A DNA stretch of 64,000 nucleotides from Catajapyx aquilonaris (lineage: Eukaryota), in the NCBI GenBank assembly GCA_000934665.2, contig JYFJ02000811.1, forward strand, positions 1 to 64,000, in the 5' to 3' direction. Position numbers and translations under genes: made by a program. Positions 1 to 13,003 of this stretch are shown here, piece by piece. A model generated the notes under the pieces. It saw only the letters and a program-made list of their open reading frames with translations, did not search any database and was not told the origin of the DNA. Numbering within the stretch: position 1 is the first letter of the stretch; each line of letters begins with the position of its first letter.

Positions 1-204
1 CTTTTGGTACCACTGCTTTTTTTCTCGCCGCAAGGGGAAGTGGCCAAAAACCGAAATTTACTTTACTTTGTTCATAAACGTCCATGTAGTTATTGGCTGA
101 TATAATCAACATCTCGCCCTTGGCCAACATTCGATTTGGTTTGTTTACGGCACGTTCCATTCCTCCTTCCTCTCCCCCTCCCCTGATGTGAGGTCACCGT
201 GAAG

Positions 205-880
205 ACGTGCGGGCGGAGGATGGTGGCAGGGTGGAGGGGTCTTCACGGGAGAGGAGAATGATGCGTCCGCGTTGACGTCCAGCAAGCGACTGAGGCGTTC
301 TCCCACCCATTGCGCATGCTCGGAACGGAGGCCAATCGGAGGCGTCGTGGTAACAATGCGTCATGGATACGACGCAGCGACAATGGACGGGGGCCAATGG
401 GAAGAGGTGGCGGCGACAATGCGGGGGCGGACCAATCAAAGGGCTTATACATGCAACGCAAGCATTTTAATATTATAGATCGTCATCATTTTGTCTGCAA
501 TGATTGTTTATGCACTGTGTGTATACACACACGCCTAATGCAGAATCAGCAAGGCGGCCAAGTGGCAAGGGAGGCGTCGTCGTCGTCGTCTCTTCTCCGA
601 CGTGGAAAACACGAGGGGGCTTTGGAGCCATGCAGCATATATACTATAGGGAGCAAGGCCTGTCTCCTCTCTGCAGCCAGCAGTGCTGCTGCTGGATGCT
701 CATTAGGGTGGTACACTGCTGCATGGCGGGGGAGCCCGGAAAAAGAAAAATTCTTCCACTCATTGATTCTCTCCGACGTAATGAGTGGTTGCCATGGGTA
801 CCAAGCTTTTGCCCTCCTCCCCCTCCTCCCCCTCTCCCCTCTCCATCCTCTCCCCATCCTCGTCTCCTAGTAACCGAGCG
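205..880. promoter_or_regulatory. CpG-rich promoter-like region, probably of a neighbouring gene (CCAAT boxes, GC boxes, two RFX X-boxes)
   Basis: CCAAT at 332, 394 and 432 (same orientation); GC boxes at 211 and 424; TGACGT at 273; X-box matches at 788-801 and 862-874. Direction not determinable. Confidence 0.5.
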
Positions 881-1002
881 CCGGCTCCGATTTTTCAATT
901 TTTTCCCCTCTCCCCCCCCCCTCTCTCTCTCTCCTTTTCCTTCCACTTGGTAGAGCTGGTTCCCTGCATATAAGCTTGTCTTATTGCTCGACAAACTATA
1001 GG

Positions 1003-1038
1003 TCTCTCTCTCTCTCTCCCTCTCTCTCTCTCTCTCTC
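1003..1038 (+). repeat. (TC)n microsatellite
   Basis: Interrupted TC run of 36 nt followed by AG. Confidence 0.9.
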
Positions 1039-4000
1039 AGAAGCAGAGAGGTCCAAGTTATATCTTGGAAAGTTGGTCTGCTGCAGATGCGATCGAAGAT
1101 GCTGCATCTCAGGCGACGAGAGAGACACAGAATTATTGTTGGAAGACTGTTACTGAAATACGTGCGTCACAGTGCATGCTTCTTACAGGATCAAGTACAG
1201 TTATGCAAAAAAATAGGCAAATATTTGGGACCATATATGGGCCCCATATATAAAACAGCCAAGTCCACTAGGAAAAAATAATATGGGCAAAAACACAATA
1301 CTGAAATGTTTACATCCATATATGTTGCCTCTGTTCCGCTACATACGTAAATGTGCAATTAACACCCAATGATATTAAAATCCATAACTCGCTGCACGTA
1401 TTTATTGTGTTTGACTCCCCCATCGGTGGACTTGGCTGTTTTTGATCTAGACATGTGTCAAAATTTGAACCGGATAGGTTCGGCTGTATAATATATTAAT
1501 TAAACTAGTTGGGAACACGTGCACTATCATAATATAGGTTTGCTTACGTTGAATGGACCAATTTGTAAAAAATGCGGTTTATGTTAAAAGGTTGGCATTT
1601 GTTTGCGAAACCTTTATAAATATTTCATGAAATTGTATTATTGCTTTTCACCCAGGGGCAAACCATGTTGTTTAGCGATTGGGTGTCTTGATTTCAAGCA
1701 ACCATGTAATTATCGACAAATTGCTTGTTTATTCTTGGAACCTACTATAGAGTAATTATAATCCTGATCTTGATGCATATCCGATTATCCGCTGCAAGGT
1801 GATCCATCGGGATAAAAGCTTTCTTTTAAGAACTTACGTTTCCGAGAATTCCAGGTACGTGCACCTTACATGCTTTGAAAACAAGTACTCTCTGAGAAAA
1901 TACGCTGCGGATAGATTGGGGAATGTAAGCCGGAAACTTTCAGAGAATCCATTTCTAGCTCAGAAAAATTGTGTTGATCGTCGGTTTCATAAGTATTTGA
2001 CTCATCAGTCTGCATGTACAGTCTATTTAGAGTAGGCTCAATTTTCCAGTTAAAAGCCTTCTTGCTATGGTGGGGGAGATTAGATGAACAGTGTCGGGTT
2101 GCTCCTGCTTGGAGGAGAATTTTCTACCCATGGTTGGGGCAAACTTTTGAGATGAAAGTTGGCAGACTTTTGTTTTGAGGGAACTAAAGTGCACGGTAGG
2201 ATGTAACCCTGGATAGAATAAAATGGGGGAGGAGGAAGGGAAGAGAGCTTTACGAGGAACAATAACAGCACTGTGAAATGTTGTGCCAAACTTTTCTCGC
2301 CAATGTTTTCTCGTGTTTCGTCAAATACCATTAAGAAGTGAATTAGAAGCCCAGCTCTCTTTTCAGAAAATTGTGCGCTGGGGCGTTGTTCCTGCTCAAC
2401 TTCTGAAAGACTTTCTGGATGAGTTTCCTACACCAACAGCTCTTAGATGTTTGTATAGCGTCTGGAAGTTTACAATGGAATTTCCAAGGAAGGAAATGCC
2501 GACGAGCTTCTTTTTGTGTGTGTGCGTGTGTGTGTGTGTGTTCAGTGAGCCAGTTTTATAGAGCAGGGTGGCCATGACTGAATACTTACAACAGGTTTGA
2601 ATTTAGCTCTCATTAATTTAGCATCGCGAGGCTTGTTTTCTTGGTAACTTCTGCGGTATGATGTAACGGGTTCGACCTAATTACTTTGCGATATCAGAAA
2701 ATGGCCATGAGCAATGCTCATTCTCAGTAATTTCACAGCGATAGAGTGAGATTTTAATGATTTAGAAATAATTGCTGCAGGATTTTTAGGGGGGAATATG
2801 GTTGAAACTTCTGTTATTTTGTTCCACTAATTGCGCTGGACATGTTACCGAATAGGTTCATTAAAATAATGGGAATGGCCAATAGTGGTAAATCGAACCA
2901 TGCACTAATTAAGTGTCCTCCACATTTTCATAATATACATATATAGGAACTTGTCCAAGTGCGATGGTTATATTTTTTATAGTTTTCAGCACAGAGAAAA
3001 AAAACATGCTACCATACCACTGTTGTGATAGAAAAATAATTTCAGGCCATGTTGTACAAAACTATGCTGAAAATTTGTATTCTAAAATCGGATTTTACGT
3101 GACAATTTTGCACGCATTTGCCACTAAAATAAAAACCCGGCCTACGAGTAAATGTCACTTTTCCTACCAATGACATACGAATTGTAACTAAACTTGAGCT
3201 AAAGAATATTAAAGCGATGGTCATATTACAATGCTCTCCTCGAATCTTTCGGACTAGTAACATGATAGGTATATCTCAGTAATGAGGTGTCACAAGCCAA
3301 CTACACAAAAGAACGCCCAGAAACAGCCAGAAACTCACGTTTGTTACATTCATTATATACAAACCAGTCTGTATAGTTGGCGCCCACGAAAATCCCACCA
3401 ATACTGATCTAAGCTGAATTTTGTACTAATGAGTTCCGTGTCGCCGACTTCAGACCTTGCACGTATAAAGAGCAGCCGTATGTACCCCCAACACAATCAT
3501 CAGGAAGTACGTGACATTCCAAATGCAACATCGACGCATGATTCACACCGGAAAGGAATTCAGTACACAGTATGTCTGTCTGTGGTATGGCGCGTGACAG
3601 AATACATACCGAGTAGAGGTCGGTCAGAGGCCCGTGGACTCCTCGAGGTCCAACCCCCTGTGGGTTACACAACAATCCCATCGTCCACATCCATCGTGAT
3701 TAATACCGGGCAGAGAACAATCGAAAGAGTTTTGCTTTAAATCGACGAGTGTCCCCCGTCATCACTCGCGTGGTTCCCTTTCCATTTGAGCATCCAAGTC
3801 TCTACGGTGGTCCATGTATGATGGATGGCCGTCCCTCCACTTTCAGCTGTTATTGTCGCTTTCTACAGAGAACGCTCTTCTTGGGTGGTAGTAATGACTG
3901 ATCGACTGCACTGCTGCATTGTTGCAAGGCAGTCCTTGAAGGGAAATTCCAATCGTGGGATGATGAGGTGTGCTTTCGGTTCTAAATCCCTGGAAGAAAA

Positions 4001-4610
4001 TTAAACGGGAGGCGGTGGTGACAGCATGAAAAGTAGCATGGCCATGATGGGGACTATTCATCTTGTGCCGTGTAACTAGAAAGTGAGGGGGGAGGTGGAG
4101 GGGGGGGGAGAGAAATAACAGAAAAGAAGAGGAGTGGTTTGAGACACATATTGGAGGTGCCCCGCCTTTTTTCAGCAATCCTCCCAATGAGGGTCCTTCT
4201 TTCCCACAAATTTCGAACCATTCGAATATAGTGGGTGTCGGAAGCTGTCATCTATGACGAATAGGAGCATTCACGACGGAGGCCACGTCCTGCTTACTAA
4301 TGACTATGGACGTCACCAAGTGGATCCCCAATCATTTTCCACACTGTCCGTGACAGAAGCTCGTTAAACACGTGAGATGATTCTCTTATGTGCTGCATAT
4401 AGGATGCTCCGTGTTGTGATTTGGGTGAGTTCGGGAGCATAAAGAATCATGGGATCTGAAAAATTGTTAACAAATGAATCACGACTAAATAATTTTATCA
4501 AAAAAATCATCATTTCATTCATTCATTTCCTTATTCACGGCATATTCCCATCAAGATGGGGTTACCGGCGATGACCAGGTACAGTCCACCTGGCCATCTC
4601 GAACGACCCA

Positions 4611-4700
4611 AAATCATGAAAATAATTTTATCAGAAAAACCATGAAAATTATTTCATCAGAAAAATCGTTAAAAATGAACTATGAAAACAATTTTTCCAT
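4611..4700. repeat. Degenerate AT-rich tandem repeat (~25-bp period)
   Basis: Recurrent CATGAAAAT(A)ATTT(T/C)ATCAGAAAAA units, with a related copy near 4487-4510. Confidence 0.55.
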
Positions 4701-6564
4701 AAAATATGCAATTATTTACACACACATTTAATGTGCATTGTTAAGAAACGTTCTGTACATTCTGCACAGTAATTCCCATTATTGAGGCCTCTTCGTCTCT
4801 AACAATGGCACACCAGGACGTCTTCGCGCTTCATTTCTCGCCTGTCAACACCTGCTTGACCTTTGCTGCCTGCTCGGAAGACTGGTGTTGTGCGGTGTAA
4901 AATAAATCAATTTGCAATGTACGAAGGTGAAATATTTGCACGTTGGGCCTTTATTTTTCTCAAATTTTTATGGATGTGTGCTTTAGCATTGTGCACGTTT
5001 CCTTTAGGGCCACGTTTTAGTACCCACTTTATTCACTGGGTTGTGTTCTGTGTGTTACGCATGAAAGACGGCGTAATTTATGACTCAGTCTGGTTGCACG
5101 TATCAATACCTTTTCAAATATGCTGATAGCCCGGTGGTATATGTAGGCTGACGGGCTTACATATTTTTTGGAGATTCGTGTGATCTATAGCACAAAAATA
5201 ATTTTTCAGCGCTTTGTGTATCAGTGTTTCCTTTTGGCGTACGGTGTATATACCTTTTGCAAGTAGCATTAGAGTAAACTCGCAGAAAATTACCTGAGGC
5301 GCCAAATGTTTAATGGGTTGGAAAGAGTCCTTACCTTTTCGCGTGATGCGTGTCGCTGCGTAATAGACCACGTCTCTTTGATGTGAAAGCGAAGCACCTA
5401 ACAAATAATCAGAGCCGACGTCTCCCCGGTTTCCCTCCAAATAACTCACTCCAGCCAAGTGACAGAAAGGTGCCTCTTTCATGGGTAGGCGCTCGCAAAT
5501 CCTCTAAAAAGAAACCTTCTTTTTTTCAAAAACCATTCCGTCCCCAGCACGTCGCTAAGTTTAGAGCCGCCATAATTCAGCCATTATCTTCATTCCGGGG
5601 ACGAACGCTTTGGGCCTGAAATATGTAATGGCCAGCCCATTACTCTCAAAGCTTCCGGGCATGCTGCTGTTGCAGTGTCAGCATATACTTCCCAACTCCA
5701 AGTGTCTCTTTCTTCTTCTTCCACCCCGAAAAAAAAGGCTGCTATCCGTCCAAGGATCGAAATGGTCAGCACCCTGGAAGTCATAAACGGAACGGGTCAC
5801 CAGTGACCTGCGGTAATGAATCTCGGCCCGATAATGTCTTTTTTCGGACCCTCTCGGAATGTACAATCTTGAAGCGGCATCGCTCAACAAGTCAGCTTTT
5901 ATTACCTAGCGATATACAGAGATGCTCTCGAGCAACCACGCCTTGCAATTCCTCAAAGGTCATATCGACAATTTCAATATACTTTTTTTTTCTAAAAAAA
6001 ATAATATATTTTTCAAACAATTCTGTTGGACATTCTTCGTGTTGGTTGTACCCATCTACTGGTATTGGTTCTAATCAGGAGACGACACCCGTGGGTCTGT
6101 CCCCCTGTGGGTCTTCTTCCCACGGAGCACAAGTAATTAAGGGGAAGCTTTACTACCTCTCTTTTGCTTCAATGGGGCCATTAGTATTCGGAAAGGGACA
6201 CGTTCAGGGGGTAAACTCTCCTAAGATGCTTCTGGACAAATGGGTTAGCTGGGTGTCCGCACTTCAAGCCTCTTCAGTTAGAGTGTATCAACAACCTCAG
6301 GCTTCCTCTTTTTCGGGGGAGGTTGCTGTATAGGGAAAAATACCTGTCCTGGTTTTTGTGGGGGATTCGCCGAGGGAAAATTCCATTAGCGGTGTTGATA
6401 CATCCGACCAAAAGGCTTTCGGCTGGATTTTTATAACGTAAGCCATTATACGGGGCGAGGTAGTTTTTTTTTTTTTTGGGGGNGGGGGGGAACAGGACAA
6501 ATTGTTGAAAACTGTTGAATTTTACGCAGTGAGATCATCAGATTTTGTGTAGGATATTCATTTT

Positions 6565-6570
6565 TTTATT
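6565..6570 (-). terminator. Candidate distal polyadenylation signal (AATAAA) of the apterous-B-like gene
   Basis: TTTATT on + at 6565-6570, about 1.95 kb after the stop codon, at the end of an AT-rich UTR-like stretch. A more proximal AATAAA is at 8056-8061. Confidence 0.4.
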
Positions 6571-8523
6571 TACAAAAATAGGACAACAGATAAATACCGA
6601 CACTACGAACATTCATGTGCATTTCAATGACAACATTTGCGTTCTTAACACTCATGGTCGATAGAAATACTATGCGGTTTTGGTTTTTTAATAATTTGTA
6701 TTTCAAATCAGGCTTCGCAATTGCAGGGAATCTCCCAAAAAATCGCCAGACTTGTAAGAGACCAGCCTGCTCCATTGTTATAACATCGACGACAACGTTG
6801 TGTTGATTAACGTTGGCAAGTTTTGCAGCATCTAAACACACCAAAGCACGTCTCTGCTACAGCCATTACTTCGGATATGTTTCTTTCAAAAAATCGAGGC
6901 GATAGTTGTCACCCATTTTGATATAAAATTTGAAAATGAAACCTGAAACATTCGAGTGGTTGGTTGGAGAAAAAAGTGCGCCACAGTCATTAAAAGTGAT
7001 CGCGGGAAACACAGTCGATCATCTATTACTATACAGCCACAAATAAAAAGTGTCACCTGTACAATACACACACTACTCTGCGCAATTATTTTTTTTGTCA
7101 CTCTTGCTCTATACATATGCACGTAACATCAGCCGGCATCAGGACACGGAGTATAAAGAGTCACAGAAAAAAACACATTCGTTCACGACAGACATCATCA
7201 TCATCAGTTCAGTCAACACGCAACGTAATAATACTGCACGGCCATTGCCTCTTTGTTACGGTGTGTGCACTGCGGTGGAAAAGGTTCGCACAAATAAATA
7301 CTTCAGGTTTGTGATACTAGGTATAGATGTGTACGGTACCGGTGTATGAAATGTACTCAGGGGTTGGCAGGTTAACACGGTGTGAATGAAAAATAAAATT
7401 GGGAGGAGTCGCGGAAACTGAAACGCATGGCGAGATATCTTAAGTCGTACATCACTTCACATATTATATGTATAGGCAACAATCTTCATTCTCACAGATT
7501 CCTTTTTTTGCAAACACGATAACTCTTTTAAATGCAATAGTCTCTCGAAGCATGTCCTTTTCTTACAGCACGTACTCATTTTACAATCAAGGGGTAAGAA
7601 GATGGGAAGGTGGGAGGGAAATCACAAGAGTAATGTTTTCCTCTTTTATAAATATTTGCGCATTAAATGTTGGAATGTTCCACTTCTGGAGCATTCTTGA
7701 AATGCAACACAAAAAATTATTCATTTCAAGCGCGTTCCCTATAATCATTACAGGAATTTAGAAGGTCGGTTGAAATTTCACGGTTTCAGGACAGCCATCA
7801 ATTATTATTCACGCAATCTTACTAGTTTCAGTGATTAAGGAAGTCATAGACCGCCATGGAAAAGAATAGATTTATAATCTGAATATTCAATTATTCAGGC
7901 AAATTTCTGAAGCAACAATAAAATTTGCATATTTGTCATGAAAGTGCATTAACATAAGGGTCGTTGGAATGAATTTAATTTTGACCCCCTGAAATTCTAA
8001 TTGCTAGTTAATTGCCGAACTGGTTCTAATTGGCGTTGACAAACAGTTTCACGAATTTATTAATAATGGCACGTATCGTTTCATTTTAGCTCGTTAAAAA
8101 TTGCAATCTCACCTGGAATTATATGCGTAGACTTGACATGTTGAGGCAGACAACATAAATGCATTTAGTAGGCCTTTTTATCCTCCTCCTGGTGTGGTAG
8201 TGTTCACAACAGATAACCATACGTGTCACCTTCTATCCGACTGGAAATGGAATACAAACACTGGCACTTGTCGAGGAAAAATTCCCAACAGCTTTTGAAG
8301 GGTTCATCCATCTCACTATCTTGGATTTGAAAAAAACAGAGGGGTTTGAAGAAGAAGAAAAACTAGTTGATGGTTATGGTGCATTTCCCATCAGATTGGA
8401 TCGAATGCCTCTCAGCCGTCCGTAGAAAGAGAAAGGGAAAAAACTTTTGATAAAAGTTGGGTCGAGGTCACACCCTCTCAAAAAAGAATTGACTATTTCC
8501 CCTTCACAACATGTTTGTACAGT

Positions 8524-8751
8524 TCAGTAGAGTTCACCAAAAGCGAGGGACTGCGGCGGGGTATGTTCCTCCGTGGCCGGTGGCGGCGCCTCTGTCGAGA
8601 GGTCCATATGCGCATGCGCGGACGGCAGCTGCGGGATTGGTCCTCCCACCAGGCCTTCCTCGTCCGACTTGGTCGCCTGGCTCGGCTGGCTCTGGTTCTC
8701 TTGTCTCAGCATGTTGCGCCTCCACTTTGCCCTCGCGTTCTGGAACCACAC
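8524..8751 (-). CDS. ap: apterous-B-like gene, terminal coding exon: recognition helix and C-terminus
   Basis: Acceptor tgtttgcag|GTG at 8751. Encodes VWFQNARAKWRRNMLRQENQSQP...SLAFGELY, then TGA (8526-8524). The four exons total 1224 nt = 407 aa + stop, with all phases compatible. Confidence 0.96.
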   Translation of the reverse strand: MWFQNARAKWRRNMLRQENQSQPSQATKSDEEGLVGGPIPQLPSAHAHMDLSTEAPPPATEEHTPPQSLAFGELY

Positions 8752-8884
8752 CTGCAAACACAAGCAGGCAAACACTCGTCTTTGTCCAATACGAAGCACA
8801 GAGAGCCAATCGGACCAATCAGTGGTTGGCTAGCCTCTGTACCAATCAGAGATGTCGTTACAAACGAAGATCTAAAATGCTCAC

Positions 8885-9120
8885 CTGCAACACCCTCTTG
8901 GAGAGTCCGGTCTTTTGGGCCAGCTGCTTGAGGTCCTTGGCGTCCGGATTTTGGTTGATGTTGAAGTAGGACTTCATGGTCCGCAACTGGTGGTGCTTGA
9001 AGGAGGTGCGCATCCGCTTGGTCCTCTGGGGCTGATGGTTCTGGTTCGGAGGAGTGGCCGTCCCAGAGTCGTAGCCCATCTGGTCCATGTGCGGAGCAAT
9101 CTCTCCATGGTGCATGATCT
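8885..9120 (-). CDS. ap: apterous-B-like gene, coding exon 3: homeodomain helices 1-2 and start of helix 3
   Basis: Acceptor ttcccttcag|AG at 9120 completes Glu (G+AG). Encodes IMHHGEIAPHMDQMGYDSGTATPPNQNHQPQRTKRMRTSFKHHQLRTMKSYFNINQNPDAKDLKQLAQKTGLSKRVLQ. Donor CAG|gtgagc after 8885 (phase 0), at the usual Q|VWFQN intron position. Confidence 0.97.
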
Positions 9121-12100
9121 CTGAAGGGAAACCAATGCTACGATTTTATTTCACTGTTGCACTCTGTCCATTGTTGGCAAATCCTATGATTGCGCCATTT
9201 GCATAGTAGGTGGTCGCGCAACATGTCCTGTACTTGTTGGTCGGTCGGGACCCAGTAAATAACCTGCGTTGCTATCAGCCTGGGACCAATCAAGGGACAG
9301 GAAAGGGGAAGTGGGAGGAGTGGCCTGGCTTGTATAGTCATTGTTATGAGGAAAGAAATGTCTGGGCCGTGGCAACGATAAATGCTCCAGATGGGAGCAC
9401 TTTCTTGCGTCTATACTGCCACATGTGTGTGGTTCCTTCGTACATTTCGAGGGGGGGCAGTGTTGCCAATGGTGCGGAAATGCAATTGGATACCATGGAC
9501 AGGGTTCGCAGCTGCCTGTGAGTTATGGCGGTGTAGCTGGAGGCCCCTTCATGTGAAGGAGGAACCACTTGAGGCAACACTAGAGGCCGTCAAAGCAAAC
9601 ATTGTCGTTGCCGAAACAAGCCGATCGGATTACTGCCAAGGGGAGAGGGGGGAAACAATATTGATGGAGGAGAACGTGGCAAAATGTATACAGAAATAAT
9701 TTTTGTGTGCTTTTGTACTTTTGTAACGAGGCAACAAGAGACAAAATGGACAAAAAAAAACCTAGATATCGCAAGCATGAGAAGAAATCCACGAATATGC
9801 TAGCAAAGACAGAAAATCAGGGCTTGCTGGCTCATTATGAATTGTTACGACTAAATGGCATTCACCGGCGGGTTATAATGTATATTGCTCAAAAATTGAA
9901 CTGTGGATTTGTATGCTGACGATATTAGTCGTATGATACCGGAACAGAATAAATAAATAAATAAAAATATATGCAGGGCTGGTTGACGATCCGAAGAGTG
10001 ACACGGATTGACCCCGGAAGCTGTGCCACGATTAAAAAGTTGGCGTGCTTTGTGAATGGCACTAATTTTTTCCCTTCCATGTCCAATCTGAATGAGAAAC
10101 GAGCTGTGAATGTCCGGGGACGTGTGCTGCGAGGTGCGCTGCTGTAAGGTCATTGTAACGAGGAAGATAATGTAGTTCTTCCTCCATTTGTCATTGTCCC
10201 ATTGTCACGTTTACAGTTTACGGTTTTGCGGTTTTTCGAGGGAAGGGAAATGGGCTGCTGGTGCTGCCCAAGCAGATTAAGGCGATGGATGGATGGTGCT
10301 ATGCTCAGGGGAGGGGCTCTTGTTGTTCTTACTCGAGCATCTCCAAGTCGCAACAAAGTTCCATGTAGCGTAGGTCCTGTGGTATGCCCTATGTGTAACA
10401 CACCATGCATGAAAGTACAAAATATTCCATGTAATTAAATAACAGGTACAGCCTGCAAAGCGCTGCTGTATAAATTGAATTAACTTAATTCGCTAAATAT
10501 AATAATCGAATAGCACATTCACGTGATCTAGTCAGTTTTCTGTTGCCTGGATAATTTTTTTTCGAAAAATGCTCGTAAGTTGAGATAGAAAATTGTTGGA
10601 ATGACATAACTTATACTTGTATAGGCCTACTCATTAGGAAATCATGTAGTATTTCACCGAATGTACTTAACCGAAACTATATACAAAGAACTACTCACAT
10701 GGCTAGCAGAGTAAACGCGTTTGCATGGCTTTTGAGTGAAGTTCATGTCCATAAAGAAGAAATATTAGTTTCAACGGAATTACTCGTGCGGCTCGTGTGC
10801 TTTTTTGAGGAATGACATTTCGAGTTTATACGACACGTCCGCAGTAAACGCATCTTTGTACAGACGTACATCAGATAAGAGGTTTAGAACGGAGATGCTT
10901 CAGTGCTGCAGGATGGAACGAGTGCTGGAAATGCACAGTAAAGCCCACTTGCCTTTTGGTGGTGTGAAAATTTTAGCATTTTATTTGGGAGGCCCATATA
11001 CGAAGACCATATGTGGAGAGATCCTCGTTCTGTCGTGTCAAGGCATCGCGGGAAAAAATGTAATTCCGGGGCTGTAAAATGGCGCGGTAAATCAAGGTTT
11101 ATTGTAATGGTACCGAAACTCGATCCGCTCGCGATTGTTGTCCGCAGAGAACGAATCACAGCCGGTGTTAAAGTGCCGCCCATGGACACAACTTGCCAAA
11201 ATGATTTACAGTCCGTGATCTATCTGTTCATGACGAAGTGAGTAATGGCCCGGTTGGATTATTCTGGCCAAAATAATCCGCCGTCCCAAACACTCGTCAG
11301 TTTTAAGTACAGGCATGTCGAAATTTTGGCACCTTTAGCAGGTGTATATTGGAAACCCTTCGTGACGAGCATGGACATGCCCGATGCTCGTATTCATCAC
11401 CGCACGATATTATCGAGGGTCCAGATTCGCTGGTCCACAGTTTTACATACATGTCAACCGACTCGGACCCGACTTGAACATGACAATAACTCATCGCGAT
11501 TCCAGATGAAGAAGCGACAGTCCTCCGCTTTTATCTCCTGAAGCCCACACACCCACAGTCACCAGTTACTACCCCAATTATTTCTTCGTGGGAAAGCCTT
11601 ATCGGCCCGTCCCATGAAAACAGTACGGCATCCCCGTAAATCTGTCCCGGTCCCTTATTTTTTTGCCCCTGCTCCAGATGTAGAATTCCTGCTCGTAAGT
11701 TTTTCAATTAAAAGGACGGGACAGCAGGTATGCTTTTTTGTCCATCCTAAGAATCCTATATAACGAGTGGTCCTAGACAAAAGTCACAGATATAATTGGA
11801 GGAACTTTGGGGATGATGGGCCAGTGACAGATTGGATGATCTGTCGAGTCTTGGTCGAGAACGAGCTTATTAGAGGCCAAGGGGACACGGTGATTTACAT
11901 TGCCATTTTTTGGGACATTCTTGCGACCGGTCCGTGGGCTACTGAGTTGCGCCGAAAAAAGGGAAACCCCCCAGACTATTATCCGTCAAATGGTGAAAGA
12001 CGACCGTGGCAGGATCGCTCCGATCGTAAAACGCTGATTGGCCCATCATGAGCGACGGTGACTGATGACGATCGCGGTCTGATCTTTTGATTGGATAACG

Positions 12101-13003
12101 ACTTTTTCTTTGGAAGGCGGCGTTTTGTTTCAGTGACTTCTTGAGAAGGGACAAACGGGACACTTCCGATGGCCAACCGCATCGCTGTCACTGCCAGGGA
12201 CATGTATTAGTTTCGAAATGGGGCGTCCGGACGCCAACAGTAAATCCTGAACTTGGCTTGGATCCCAGACGGTGAATCAACCGGTGCTAAAAATCGCTAA
12301 AAGTGTATAAGTGCACATATCAAAATTCGTCCACTTGTGAGGTTTTTGCACCGTTGTCTGGAGGGCAAAAGTTGGCGATGGTGCAAAACTTACCCCCCAT
12401 GATTTACGCCTGCTACAATACCGCTGTGCAATAATTCAGGCGTAATGTTTGCTCCAGGCCCAACCCAATAGAATAGTCACAGCAGCCATGCGCAAATGGC
12501 CAATTCAACCCAACCAACCAACACTTGCATCTCTGGAATGGCTTCGAGCTAAGCTGTACGAAAGGTGTGACACACACAAAAAATAACAAAAAAGTGTTGC
12601 GGTTTTTCTCTAGGGTGTTATAGCGCGAGCGGTCTAGACCCTGACGCTATGAGCTAATATTATCCGGGTCTGGCAACGGGTCAAAAATACTGCGGAGTTT
12701 TTAAAGCGAGACGAGTTTTCTCGCGGTCAAAATTCTGCTAGTGAAGTTTGCGAGTTTTTGGCCTCACAAATGTCCGGAGATGAGTAATATACTGGGGTGT
12801 GATTTATGATGTGTGACGTCAGGCCGGACATTTAAAGTCTTTCGTCATCGTAATGCCGCGGTTAAGATGCTTCACCTGCACAGGATGTCCCTGAAGGAAG
12901 ACAGCCAGCTTTTTTAATGGCACTGAATCGACTTTAAAAAATAAAATAAAATCTTAGCGTGCATTGAAGCTTGAAAGTGTCTGTTCTCAACGATTTGAGT
13001 AAC

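Noticed and set aside
310..994. ORFs of 100-186 aa at the left edge
   Set aside because: Low-complexity translations of GC-rich and CT-repeat DNA; no protein family recognised.
6530..6537. TGAGATCA, a bantam 8mer seed match on the minus-strand transcript
   Set aside because: It lies about 28 nt beyond the candidate distal AATAAA, so probably outside the mature UTR.
9344..9580. ORF containing THRQLRTL, reminiscent of homeodomain HHQLRTM (duplicated exon?)
   Set aside because: Similarity is limited to about 5 residues with no downstream F/NP/L..L pattern; consistent with chance.
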